Shown one piece after another: positions 41,001 to 55,150 of a stretch of 64,000 nt of DNA. Position 1 is the stretch's first letter, and every line of letters begins with the position of its first letter. The DNA lies in NCBI GenBank assembly GCA_040954595.2, contig CM082586.2, positions 741,530-805,529 of the forward strand, given 5' to 3'. Origin of the DNA: Balanoglossus misakiensis (Eukaryota > Animalia > Hemichordata). Position numbers and translations under genes: made by a program. The notes beneath the pieces were generated by a model. That model was given only the letters and a program-made list of their open reading frames with translations, had not been told where the DNA came from and did no database searches.

Positions 41001-44000
41001 CTCAACAATCAAATTGCGGTAATGTAATTCTGCAGACAATCGGCGTAATTTGTAGAGAAAATAAAATTTGCTGGAAAATAAAAATATTTCTAAAGCAGTC
41101 CTTGGTGACTCGAAATCGCGATTTGATTCAATATGACAATACGTTCTGTTTCGATAGAAACCACCACTATCACTACATTAAGGAACTACTTCTACAGAAA
41201 AATGTGCGTGTCTGCCCTAAGCGATCAAATCGTCATCTCATACCCTTTTTGTATTTTTCACAGGGAAAATGGAATGATTACCATCAATGTAGACATAAGC
41301 TCAATTTATGTAAAATACGGATTGACTGTAACCATCTATCAGAAATTTTTCTCTGGAGATCTGATGCGTGTGATGTTACATGTTAGACTCTTTAGAATTA
41401 CAATTATCCCGTGGCAATTATCTGTGCATTTACATATCGTTTAATAGCACCGACAGATAGTTTGATTTATGCTAATGCGATGGTTTCCATAGGAACGTAT
41501 GTCGTACATTTAAAACTTTCATATTGTCGTCCGAGTATATTTCAATGCACATGGTTGATGTAAAAAATCAAGCCACCTGATTGAATCCACAGTGCCAAAC
41601 ATAACAGTAGGTTTTACCGCAAGAGTACCCAACGCTCAGTCCTTCCTTGTCACAGATATACTGACAATTTCACCAAATGTTAAAATATTATTGACTGTAC
41701 TCAGTACACGTAGGCGTAAAATATAATCCCAGTTCGCGAATTTATTATTTATCTTAATATACTTGTATATTAAATCAGGATCATATATAAACATCCTGGA
41801 GGCATTAATTCAGTTCACGCCCCAAAGCAAATGCTTTCCCGGCAGCCTCTCCGAAGGACATGAAACACGATTTATCAGTAATATCACAGGGCGCGCATTA
41901 AATAGTAACCATGGTATTACTTTCATAGTACATGTACATTGAAGTACCCCGAGAGACATTTTGAATTATGATAAATAAAAGAGGTTGCATAATTACTCAT
42001 TCCGATTTCGCTCAAATCGGTTTCTTGCCTGTGTCATGAATACGCTGGTATGGAATTCGGCAGGTGTGGCACCAAATCTATTTCCAAGGTACAAGGCCTT
42101 TATCTGTGCAAATTTTCATTCAGATGCGAAAATGCATTGTTCGATAATCGAGATTGCCTGACATCGTGACGTATTCATTGTTCTTCACGCAGCGTTCGTC
42201 ACAAGCGTTCGTCGCTTAATTATCTCTCTCTGCCGTTATGTTGACTCACGCCTTCCAATACCACACAAACTGTTTCGATTGTGAACAATTGATATCCAAG
42301 ATCACAGTCATGTGCTAAGATAATGTATAGTTGTTAATCAAGCCAGTTGTCCAGCTTCTAAGAAAAAAATATTGCTCGATAAATAGCGAACGCCTCTGAA
42401 ATGTTTAATGTTTTAAACACTCGAGTAGATACGCAAGGTGGCACAAAAATTTAATTTGTAAAAGGTAGCAAAGATGATTTTCAAATAGAAGACATTAACA
42501 CCTGAACGATCAAGTTGAGTAAACAATTTCTGGACGTTTTCAATTTCTCCTAAGTGGAGCCATACACAGACAGAAGTAATGTTTACACGGTTCAGTGGGC
42601 ATCTAGTAACGTGCAAACAAACTAGTCTTTTGGTGAAGAATAGCCAACGTTGTAAGGTAAACAGGTAAACGTCTGGTCATTGGAACCAACAGGTCAGTAA
42701 TGAAGAACGAAGTCGTGGGTCGCACTCTGCTTTAAAATTACACAAATGCGATATTCCTGACAAAACCCCGTTATATGCCTAAAGTGTAAACTACGTTTGG
42801 TACAGACACAGAGAAGGAACAACAGGCAACGACATATTGGTAAAATTGGTGAAGTTGAGATTCATTAGAAGACCCACAGCGTTTTAGCCCACAGCTCTTT
42901 CCTTTGTGCCAGTTAATGAATTCAGTCTTACTATTGACGAAGTGGACCTCGCTAGAATAAAAATGCAAATATATTTAGTGCAGTGACCAAACACATTCCC
43001 TACTAGAGGTATACAGTTTAATTGACACCCGACAACTGAAGCTTATAACAGACAGTAGCGCTGAAATAAAATGTCCCAATATTGGAACTGATCAAAGCAG
43101 TTGTCAAGAACAAAAAACAGAGAAACTGAAGCCAAGCATTTTATTTTAATTATATCCAAAACATTGATAGAATCAGGTGCATGACGACAGTGCAACACAA
43201 ATCCAATTATAGAATATACATGTGTATAATTGCATCGTTTTATTTAATTTCACAACACCACGCTGGCACGCTGGGAGAATTGCACTTTATTCAAAAACGT
43301 ATCTGTCTTTGTTAAAACCGTCGTCATGGTAACTCTGATCTCAATTTTTTATGTTCATGCTGGACCTGCAAATCAGCGTGCAGACGGTGCTAAAGCAAAG
43401 TAATGTTGTTTAGGTCATGAGTGTCACCAATATAACGGATACATATACCCCAGCCCACGAACACCAGAATAATTAGGTTTCGCCATAACTGATGAGCTCA
43501 CAGTAACAACCGGCGGTTGACATGGATACACCGTACGCACCATGAAGTACAGTCATTACATTGTTTTATGTAATACATATTCATTACAGAATTCACAACC
43601 GGCATTTTCAGCCGTGGTAAATTTAATTAATCTGATGAATCCCGATTTACAAAATGTCAACATAAAATTTCTATGGCGGAAAAAACGAGACTGTAATTAT
43701 GTCCAGGGCAAGGGTATTTTGCGGCTTACGGATATTGGTTATCAGTTTATTTCCTATTTCTGAAGAGATCTGTGCATCGAACCGCTTCCAGATCCTGTAA
43801 GGGCACTTCTCTTGATTAAGCCTCAGCCTCCAAGAAATATAATTATATCCATGGCAACAGTGTCTTATTGAAGATCAATATCCCAGGCTGACGTCTCTCT
43901 GTGTCAACTAGCACTGATTCCGAGATAAATTGTCTGGTTATAAAATTACATTGCATTCATTGTAGAAATAATAAAATCTTAGAGTGTTGTGTGGACACAG

Positions 44001-45167
44001 TTCAACAATTTTCCATTTTGATTTCCATCGCAGTAAATGTAGCCAGCAACAGTCACTCAAATTTAATAAATATTAGGAGAATTTCACGCTATAAAAACCG
44101 CCACTGTGTAAAACCTTGACGATATGAAGTCTTATTAATATTGACAAAGTGTATGTTGTCACTTGTAATTTTCCTTCAGAGCCCATTTCCCTTAACTTGA
44201 ATGCAAGCATTGACTCTCCCCTACAAGTGATGGAAATGTTAAACGCTTAGACACTCAAGACTAATAATTGATTAATGAATGAAATAACCAATCGATCGAA
44301 TAGACTCATACCACCATGAGTCTGTGCAGTGTTCCCCCCGAATAACTAGCAAACGCCAATCGTTGGTAGACAGACTTGAAACTGCGAGTTCGTCAAGACA
44401 GAATCTACTTGTAATGATAAACACCGCATGCCTAGGATTCTGTAAATTAGTATGCATATGTTTGCCAAAGTGAGTCAATCGTAATACTGGGAGGGGTGTA
44501 CAGTGATACAACTTACCTGATGCGCTATATATTTTGTATTAGCGGATGCCAACAGTCCAACCATTAGGCTGTGGCCTAAGGTACAAACGCCACTCAGCAA
44601 AAGTACAAGCACCATTCGTAATGGCATCATAACATACGAAGCATAGATGAAAAACACCACCCAGCCAGAGCCGTCGCTAGGGGTTAGCGGATCGTAGTGT
44701 AAGCCCATGTGGACGAAGAGCTGTGCGCAGAGAAGTATCCAAATCACAAATGGCATGACGTTTGCCAGTGACCATTCAGACACCAGACGAAACTTGCAAA
44801 GTACGAATAGTATGAGATTAGTGAGGACGGCGATACCCATTATAGATATTTCAGTCAGTTCAGAGTCGTCGTATTTCACAACGTAGAGTACAATAACACA
44901 GACATCGAACAGGAAAGCGAACAAGAGCAACACAGGTAACATATCGAATTTCTGTCGCGTGAAGTAGGCCCTGTAAGTCTCCTCCATCGACACGGAGGCG
45001 AAACGTGTCCCGAAACACATCGGCAGACCCATATTACAGCAAGTGCTGTTGGCCATGGCGATATCACTTGCTTGTGTTTCGCCATCCATGCTGCTAGGGT
45101 CGGGCACCGACTCCGGGTCTTCAACACAACCGTTTCTTTCCTTCATGATCAAGTTATTCATTTCCAT
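32036..45167 (-). CDS. ADCY3: Transmembrane adenylate cyclase type 3, about 19 coding exons
   Basis: First coding exon 45167-44517 (TM1-5; [12 protein letters not shown]-type N-terminal segment). C1 domain: [51 protein letters not shown]2 domain: [49 protein letters not shown]. These motifs match the ADCY3 subtype best. Confidence 0.9.
33946..33997. repeat. (GTGA)/(GTCA)n tetranucleotide microsatellite
   Basis: Direct reading; ADCY3 intron. Confidence 0.85.
34456..34500 (-). repeat. 22-nt tandem duplication (period 23) containing an ADCY3 5' splice site
   Basis: gtttcgcaaaaacttaccagaa occurs at 34456-34477 and 34479-34500; on the minus strand this gives TTCTG|GTAAGT twice. Confidence 0.9.
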
Positions 45168-45925
45168 CAATGTAACAGTGTACAAACATCCTGTTGTTAT
45201 TGACTCTTAAATGAATCTTTCATCAGTAGTCTAGTCCAGACTTTTCCCACTGTTCTTGCTTTATATACTGTGTCCAAGCCTTGGAATGATTTCGTAAAGA
45301 TGCATCGTGCACGTGATTCTGCCGGCCATCAAAGAGAGTAAATAGTATTATTACACGAAATCTAAAAAGCAATGATTGAAAATCTAGATTATGGTATCAA
45401 GATAATTTAGATACCAAAAAATTTAGGATTTGTGAGCCAGTGAGTTTGCATTCGACTGGAAAGTGTGATTTACCTATAGAGCTGATTGATTCAAATATCG
45501 AGTACCTGATCGATTGACTGCTGCATTCACATTGTGAACTATTCACTCAATCTTCCGTTCCTGGTAATAAGGTCGTAACAGATTATATCCACATATGTGT
45601 TTGGGTCAGACAGCTTGTAAGGACAGTCTCAGCAATGTGTAGTCTATTTTATGAACGGAGAGTATTCCATAGGTGACGCGAAGACAATAATATCGACGAG
45701 AACAGATCTTCAAGCAGTTCTATGTATTTGGCTCCTGTTTGTTGCACACTGAAACTGGAATAGAGAGAGAATAGATAATTAACAATGATACAGAAAACGA
45801 GAACTTGCACCGATTTTGATGGTAAACCACAATTATCAGGAAAGACGCACGATTCAATGCTGTTGTCGCGTCAGTTTTGACTCCAAATAAAACCACTTTC
45901 ATCTGACGACGAGTTGCTGCCAGTC

Positions 45926-46228
45926 ACTGAAGCGAGAAAAAATAAGTTAGCGTTCTGTTTGTACAGTCAGTGCTGCGGGCATTTCGTTTCCTTACCTTGG
46001 TGAAACACCCACGGATCTGACACACACAGATGGTTACTTCCCGTGTGTAAGGTTTTCAACAGAAATTATCATCAGTATGTTATCAGCTGAGAGACTTTGG
46101 TTAGAATTGTAACTGCGCGATAAGAAATCTTCGACATCCGTGGTAAAGCATCGTTGCCGTATGCTGCCGCCGTATACTTGCACTCGACTCGCTGTCACTA
46201 TGCATAATAATGACGTCATGTGGGCGGG
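45926..46228 (-). promoter_or_regulatory. ADCY3 promoter and 5' UTR intron: GC box (46222), CRE (46211), non-coding first exon, small intron at ~45996-45926
   Basis: ATGACGTCAT adjacent to GGGCGGG. On the minus strand: donor CAAG|GTAAGG, branch point CTAAC, pyrimidine tract and TTCAG acceptor. Confidence 0.55.
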
Positions 46229-49200
46229 ACCATTTTGTATTAGGGGTCGATGGCCAGAACGGTGATCTGAGTCGTTTTGCTGAGATAGGCGAATATTGTA
46301 AGACTGAGACGTTTTAATATAATGAATATTCTTCCCATGTCATGTGACACGCTTTAATGTTTTATTTATATTATTCTTGACAATGGTTAGCAGAAATGGT
46401 GATGAAATATCAATTAGGAAATTAGACTGCTTAAATGGGAAAAGAAAATAATTAGAAATTTTCAATATAATAACTCAGAAAATAAGGCTGATTGTCAGAT
46501 TCAAAAGGGTTCGGCAACGTGTGACCTAAATCTATTTAAGTAGGAGTACCCAGTATATTACATCAATGTAGGAATCATGTGTCTTGGTCTCTTTCAAAAG
46601 CGAACAGTACGAGTGTGTCTCTTAGGAATTTATTTAAATCAGTATTTAATGAAAGTGATAGCCGTGGGTGGCGACAAACAACGTAGGGCCTAACGGTAGC
46701 GAAGGGTATTAATTATATCTGTTCAACACGTCGAAATGCCCTATAGTTTGCCTGAACAGCACCCCAATAATATACAGCAGGTACTCTCAATAAAACATGA
46801 AATTTAATACCAGTAATATACAACCCAGATAAGAATGATTTTTTCCATCAAAGGCACCGTCATATCGCGCGCGTATGGTAAGATTTAAAATTTAAAATGC
46901 AATCACTATAAAATCTTTCCAAGCCGTATGAAAATGCCAGTATAATAATCCATCCAGGTCATTTCATCCCATGGTGCGTGGCTATAAATCATTTCGTTCC
47001 ACGGATAGGCCTAGGATTAAAAACATTACATAAATTACGACTCGTTGATATTACCAAACAATGCGTTTTTAGCCCCAGGAGCTTTTTATACATACAGTCT
47101 CATTTAGAAGTGTCTAGTGATAGATTGAACCCCTGGATAGGACCCAACGATCAGTTAGTCAAACAGAGGCACGCGGCAAAACGCAAGACAACTTGTCGTT
47201 ACCAACTATCGAAATTACATACTATACCACTGGCGCATTAAAGATTTGTTTGATTTTCCTTTCTGATGAAGTCTACCCGGATTATTTACTTGTACGAAAT
47301 GGTTGAATGGATAAGATGCAACAAAATTACCCTAGTCACCAGAGCGGTAATCAATGTCTGATTCAGTTAAGCCAACTTTGATCATCCCGTTTCACATTGT
47401 CAATTTGCATTTCCCTCTGTTATCAACATTTGAATTTAGATGTAAATTTTTTCTCACCCATTAATAGTTGACAAAGATCGCAACTAACCCAAGGCAATAT
47501 GGAAATGGGCAAAGATTACAATTCGCAACTCATTTTCTGACTAATTTTATTCTCTACACACATCTTCGTAAATGCCAAGTATTCCATCATTTTGAATAGT
47601 TAAGTGATGTTTACTTTCGTTGCTTAGCAACGAATCGGCATAATTTCATAGTGCAGTGGACATTATCGCAGCTTACGTGAGTTGACTGGTCAAACAGAGC
47701 CTTCGTTTAGGAGCATTTGTTTTGGCTGACAGCTTTAAGCATACAAAACAGGTCTACGTAGTTTTCGGTCAGGATTTTGTAAGATTAATCTACATCTACT
47801 TTTATTCAAGCATTAGAAACATTTAAATGTAGCATAAGCTCATATTGTCAGTGGATTAAACGATCTTTTCTGCAGGAACTCCTAAGAAAGTCTTGATATC
47901 TCATTTACAGAGGTATTGTCATGATAGTGCTACAAATATACATCAAGTTTTCTGACCTAACCATTTGCATTGATTTTTGCGGCTTGTAAATTAACAACAT
48001 GGTTTGAGGCTAAGTATAAATGCATATTTCAGATCGCTGGACCCACGGGACGTTTCTTAATGTCAAAGTGTTCTTATGTCTACACATCGATTTATATCCA
48101 CTAACTCAACTGCTGTAAATCGCGAAAATGAAGAACATACATACATACATATAGTCAGTCAGTCAGTCAGTCAGTCAGAAAGGATCGGAAAACGGTGGTA
48201 TAGAGGTGGGAACGATTTCCGCAGCAAAACAGCCGCCTTTCAGAAAATCCCAAGAGAACACGTAAATATTCACCAGCCATCTACATTTGCAATCGCGATC
48301 TAATTCCGATCCCCTTGAGGGCGTCGGAATTGCTTCGAGAAATCGATTTTCCCTGCAGCAACGTCTACTACAGAGAATTTGTAATCAGAGTAGAATGACT
48401 GTTTTCAGAAATACTGGCCCACTTTGATAGTCGAGAGCTGCTTTGGTAATACGTTGAAATTATTATATCTCACTATGCTTGCCATTTGGTGGCACAAGGC
48501 AAAGCTGTCATACGGATAAGGAATTGTTAAATTATGCACATACGATTGGCAGTCGCTATGGAGAGCTCGTGTTAAAATTTATTGTCTGATTACAGTGACC
48601 ATATACACTTGTCCCTGTCAGCTGTATACATAAATTTGACCCCATTAGGTACTTCTGACAGGGTTATGTTGAATGTAACAGGCATATCTGACAGGGTTTA
48701 TACTGATATGTTACAAAGACACAATTGCACTGTGCTTGGGTCAATGTATGCTTTATATATACAGTATCAGAGGTTTCACTGAGGGATTGGTGGGAGTGTA
48801 ACGTACAATCCGCTCAGCGGGATTGATGCTTATATGTCAACGCGATCTAAAATCGTATCTGAATCCGCTTTCCTCGGATTTTAGTACCGCCATATGTTTT
48901 AACTGAGCGTGCGTAGTGGCTGTTTAGCTTACGAACGAGTATACTCACCGCCGTTCTACTAATAGGTCTGTTTATCAGCAAAATGCACAGCAAGACTTAG
49001 ACGCCTTACGCCGTTAGTCTATTTCGTCGGCTACCAAGGCTTCGCTCTTCTGTGTTGGAATGTACGTTCAACTAAGATCCCGATAACAAGTCCTTGAAAG
49101 TGCTATCACTTACCCGTCAAAGATCAAATTTCAATGTCTGGTTCCCATGGATACCCTCTCAGCTGGGTGGACGGATGACAGTAGCATGGGGGCTGATCTG

Positions 49201-49449
49201 GATTAGAAGAATGTTATTGTCTTAATGGATGAATCGCTATCACCATGAATGTTGAATTGAAGCGAAATAAATATGTAATACGCATGCTCAGCCTGTGTGC
49301 TCTAGTCAGCAGGAACATTTATTATCGCGCAGGCGTAAGCTCATGGATCTATTATAATTTTATTTTTAATATCGCGGTTTTCATGATGTTGCTACAAGCA
49401 TTAATGAATGTCATTTCATGAAATGGTGTATGTTTGTATGCATGCATGC

Positions 49450-49740
49450 ATGTATGTATGTATGTATGTATGTATGTATGTTCGTATGTATGTATGTATG
49501 TATGTATGTATGTATGTATGTATGTATGTATGTATGTATGTATGTATGTATGTATGTATGTATGTATGTATGTATGTATGTATGTATGTATGTATGTATG
49601 TATGTATGTATGTATGTATGTATGTATGTATGTATGTATGTATGTATGTATGTATGTATGTATGTATGTATGTATGTATGTATGTATGTATGTATGTATG
49701 TATGTATGTATGTATGTATGTATGTATGTATGTATGTATG
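49450..49740. repeat. (TATG)n microsatellite of about 70 units
   Basis: Direct reading; lies between the divergent ADCY genes. Confidence 0.98.
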
Positions 49741-50995
49741 TGTGTGTGTGTTTGTACTCTTTAATACAAGTTGAGGCAGCCTGCAGCAATCCTCTTTTCA
49801 TTAAACAACTTAGTTTTGCACACAGCTATATCAAATAAATCTTCCGACCATCACTAATTTCCGGTCAATAAAATTTATTTCAGTTACTTTCACCAGCAAT
49901 TCGACTCGTCGGATGTCACAAGCGGCCGACGACTGGTCATTACATACGTTGTTCGGTTTTATAGGACGTATTTTATTTTGTGGACTGCACAGCAAAAGCT
50001 AATGATAGGGTATCTACACATCGTCGCTGGAGGGCAGTACACCTAGGATCACTTTGGATTTGGTATTAGCTAGCACACAACGAAACCAAGCATACCATTG
50101 CCTAGCCTAGCCTAACTTTGCTCGACTGCCCTCTCTTGTCAGAACTGCTACATTTGTAAGGTGTTGCCAATGTTATCAGCTTTCTCTGTGCCCATTTCAT
50201 TGGTTACCATGGCAGCCATTCCATTTGCTAATGCGTGAGTCAAGCTTCTATACAATTTCTGTTGATTCGCTCAGATGCAGCAGAAAGGAAATTGCCGAAT
50301 CAAAGTTGTAGTAATCAATGTTGCAAGGCGTTGCAATAAGTGGCACTCACCGGAGGCGAACGCTAGCTTTTAGTCAATTTTACAATTTATTTCTCCCGAG
50401 AGTAGCTACCTCCATGGTTTATATGTATTTCGTTCTCGTCATATTTTCATGTCAGAAATGCCTTTCTGTGTAGCGGCCCACTATTGTTGCTAAGTTTCTA
50501 ATGCTCTGTGTTTTAGAGTGCATTTTATCTCCAGAGAATCCTGAATCCTAATGTGTGATTAATATTAATAGAGGCGAATGCCTTCCTATTTTGCATATAT
50601 AGATTCGCTCTATAATCATTTCCTTTTAGTTTTCAAATCGTAGAATCATGATGGATGATCATCAATCATGAAACGATTACTATGAGTTGTGAAACGGCTT
50701 CGTCGTCACACTTCAAAATGGCCTCTTGGTCATATATCAACAATGTGATGTCATTCTGAGAGACTTTTGGTTCATAACTGATGATGTGAATTCAACGTTT
50801 CATTTTCTGCAGATGCACAACGCCATCTAGTGACAATGTGATACACTTCATCAAAAACAGGAAACAGACAAAAATGGTCACATGGACGGACGACATAATT
50901 TGCATACAGTGATGCAAGTCATTGGTTAACAGTTACATACATCTGACGAAATCAACAGAATTGCCATACTCAAAATAAAGATTGAGTCAATCATC

Positions 50996-51302
50996 GTTAC
51001 CATAGCAACATGAAAGTGGGAATTAACCCCGCAGAATGTCCAACTGGTGCGCCGCTCCTTGATTCCACAAGGTAGGTCACGTGGCACTAGTCACAATGCT
51101 TGCATCAACTTTGATGACATCATTAATCTAGTTAGTGACGGACTCGCTCAGCCAGCGAAGTCGACTTGGGAGATTGTTACCGTAGCAACCACGAAAGGCA
51201 AACGTCAGGCGATAAAAGAGTGCGTTAGAAATGAAACCAGGATTTAGTTTGCAACGACCGCAGCGATCGAGAAATCAACCCGCCGACTGCCAAATGACGT
51301 GA
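50996..51302 (+). promoter_or_regulatory. ADCY8 proximal promoter with two RFX X-boxes and a CRE/ATF half site
   Basis: GTTACCATAGCAAC (50996), GTTACCGTAGCAAC (51176), TGACGTGA (51295). Confidence 0.55.
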
Positions 51303-51311
51303 TCGGAAAGA

Positions 51312-54300
51312 ATGGTCAATATGGAGCAGAAACTAACCACTTTTGCAGAAGAGAACGGCAGCGTGTCAGTCCAAAACACAACTACAACAAAGTCCAGTTA
51401 TCCCACGGAGAATGGCGGGAGGCTTGAACCAGAAAACACAGATTCATCAGTGAACTTACCGGGAACTCCTGTGCCTGATACCGAACAACCATCTGCGCTT
51501 GTTGACCTCGGCAGTCCCAGTTCCCTTGCAAGCGATTTTCGACCCAAGAAACTTCTCTGGCAAAGCGCGGTCCGGCGTCTGCAGTTGGAAGCTAAGAGAG
51601 CCTTAGATGGAAGTCTAAACGGAAGGAAAATCACAGTGACAGATGACTATATTCATGAACTAAACAAAGAAATCTCGCATCGCACCGGGAGCTTTAAGGT
51701 GAGAGAAAGACCTAAAACCAGGAAAATTTCGGTAGATGTGGAGAGCTACAATTCTGAGGACAATCAGGTTAATCAGAACAGAGAAGGAGAGGAATTCGTC
51801 GACGATGGTTGTGTGTACAGAGGAGTAATTGTTCCAACTTTGCGAAAATGGTTCCGTTGCAAAGAGGCTGAAACTCTGTACCAACGTTACTTTTTGAGGC
51901 AGAGACAAAAATCTCTGGTGTGTCTCAACAGCGTGGACTTTCTTCGCCAAATGATTATGCTGATGCTTTTTCTGACGATGACTTCGAACAAACTGTCTGT
52001 CGCCCAGGGTGTTATCTACGGTGTTTCTCTCCTTTCAAGTCTAACACTTTGTCTACTGGTCCAGTGGAAGCGATTCGCCAGCCGATTTTTGCAATGGGCC
52101 GGTCTAGCAACCTGGGCTTTGCTGACCATGCAGTCGGTACTGGGTCTAACTCACGGAGTCGACCGCATTACAGAGCCTACATTGTCAGATGGAATTTTAT
52201 ATGTGGTTTTCACAGTTTTTGTGACTTACACCATGCTGCCACTGTCATTAGTGTGGGCCATTCCAGCTGGGACGGTCACTTCGTTGGTACATATGGTCGT
52301 TCAAGGAATACGAGTTGATATGACAGGAAAAAACTATGGGGGAAAACAGGTAAGAGTCGTTTTGTTTTTCCGCTATGACTATATAGTGAAAAATGCATGT
52401 CAAGATTTGAACGAATTTCTATTCAATATGTCTTCCAGAACCCCCACCATTATACTGCGCAGGCAAGTTCTGTTAACTCAACAGGTGGTCTCTCGTAATT
52501 AATCGATCTTTACTTGATTTTGTCGATTCGTTACATATGATACATATCAAATAATTTACGAAGAGGTTTTTGCTCTGTCGCAATGATTTTGTGATGTATA
52601 ATTATGATGAAATTGGTTGAACACTGGCGCCATGTTTTGTTTGACTTGTAAGAGACCGCAAATTGTTACCTCACTATAAAGAAAACAAATGTTAGATTCG
52701 TGCAGAGAATGTTGAAAGAGGAACCTTACATACGGTTTTGACTTAATGAACCCGATTACTTAGAAATGTGGAGAGTTTTCTTTCTTCAATTTGATTTGAT
52801 TAGTCGCTAATGCTGATTTTATTAAAGGAGAGCTGGTCAAATTCTGTGTTTCCACAACAATCTTTATGTATGGGTATCACGTTCGGTCAAGGCTATTGCC
52901 CCAAACAAAGACTATTGCCCCAAACCAAGGCAAACATACGAATATCGGAATGGATTTCATCCCGTCGAGTACAGCAACAGTGGTACGCAATTGGAAATTT
53001 GACAAACCGCTCCCAATTTATAGTGGTTTTACATTTATGAAATGGTTTTGTTGTTCTGTCCAGTCATTAAAAATGTTTGCCGTTCAAATATCGTAATTTA
53101 CTCTGCAATTAAAAGACATATATATTTTAATGCGGGGGCATGTTTCGTTAGAGTTAGAATCCACAAGAATAAATACAATGCGCCCTGTTCAAACCTTGTC
53201 TTAGATCTGCAGTGACAGCAAATATGCACACATTATTTGAAGCGACTGTGGATGTAAAAACGCCAACATGACAAGCACCAAGTAGCCGTTGCTAATGTTG
53301 CGGATGTAGCGTAGAAGAAATACTTTGGGAAACAAGCACGCCCTAATCAGCCAAATTGACAATTTATTGCCTTCAAAAGGCCGCAAACGATGTTGCTTAG
53401 CAACGTATTACAAACGTAAGTCTTGGTGATTCTTGAAGGTTTGCTTCTGATGTACAATAACGTTGGTAATGCAATTATGGACAGGAAATCGTAGAAAGGT
53501 TTCACTACAGTTCACTCAATATTTGCGGCAAGGCAGTGCCTTTATGCAGAGGTTTTTACAATGTCTCGCCATCTCTCAATCTTTCCTTTATCAGTTTCTC
53601 GTCAATCTCCGCAGCTGTCTGTTCTTCTGAATGCCGCTAACAACCTCGTGTCTCTGTCCATTCGCACAACGACAATTCCAAGATTCTATGTGCCGTTATC
53701 TCTATGTATACTAATTTGGGTTAACGTGTGCAGAGTCAATCCCTTCTCTCCAAATGTTTTTTTCTATCTCCCCATTAGTGGTCAGCAAATATACTTCTGT
53801 TTTTATGCACTCACTTCGCTGGAATGTATACCAACTATTTATCTGATAGAATATTAAGACAGGCGTTTCTGGAGACAAGAAGGTGTATTTGCGCAAGGCT
53901 AAAATTACAAAAAGAGAACGAAAACCAGGTAGGATTTTTTTTGAAAGCAAATAAATTATTCCTAGTGACAATCAAGTATAGATATTAACTTTGCAAACCA
54001 TTATCGTACATTGATAACCACATGTGATATTTGTTATTCACGAACATTAAACTAAATGTCATTATTCGATTTATTAATCTAATCTACTGTTCATCTCCAT
54101 AGCAACGCCTGCTCCTCTCAGTTCTGCCTAAGTTTGTTGCCTTGGAAATGATTAGCGATATAGCACATGAGATGGAGGAGGATCGGTTTCTTCCAGCACA
54201 ATTTCACAAAATTTACATCCATCGTTATGAAAATGTAAGGTAGGTGTATACAGTGTGTCTTGAAGGAAATTGTTTTTATAGTGCGAGTCATGGGGGATGG

Positions 54301-55075
54301 CGATGTGCATGGATCATTTATAAATAACCTTTGTCGTGGATGTGGATATTTTGCATCCAGCTATGACATATCTGTTACTCGAATCTTCTATTTTCTACAC
54401 CTAGTATTTTATTTGCCGATATCAAGGGATTCACTGAGCTGGCTTCCAAACTTCATGCTCAAGATCTGGTGAGGACACTTAACGAATTATTTGCCAGGTT
54501 TGACAAGCTGGCTGAGGTAAGAATTTCTTAAATTGTTTTTTTTTTGTATCCCAGTGCAAACCATTCGAACCTCATATCAGAAGGTAACATTTTATTGTGA
54601 CTGTTCATTTTACAGGACAACCACTGCCTAAGAATAAAGATTCTGGGCGACTGTTACTACTGTGTGTCTGGGTTACCGGATCCTCGGTCTGATCATGCGC
54701 AATGCTGTGTTGAAATGGGACTCCATATGATAAAGGTTATCAAGTAAGTGGTATCCATGTGTTTGTCAAAAGGTAAAATTGGAATCGACCAGTTTCTAAA
54801 GTATGGCTTAATGTGAAAACGCAATTACGATATGAGCGTATGTAATTGTAGACATTTTTTGCTAATTTTAACAGTAAACATTTCGTTCGAACCACATATA
54901 TAGGAGCGTGCGACAGAAAACCAATGTGGATCTGGACATGCGCATTGGTATACATACGGGTTCTGTTCTCTGTGGAGTGCTTGGACTTCGCAAATGGCAA
55001 TTTGACGTCTGGAGCAATGACGTCACTTTGGCAAATCACATGGAATCTGGGGGCACACCCGGGTGAGACTTTCAC

Positions 55076-55150
<75 letters not shown>

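Noticed and set aside
49352-49838. ORFs with YIHT/MYVC repeats
   Set aside because: Translations of the (TATG)n microsatellite.
48479-50836. CTCF-like motifs between the two ADCY genes (~48480, ~50022, ~50820)
   Set aside because: Only partial matches to a degenerate consensus; they cannot be separated from chance without a matrix scan or ChIP data.
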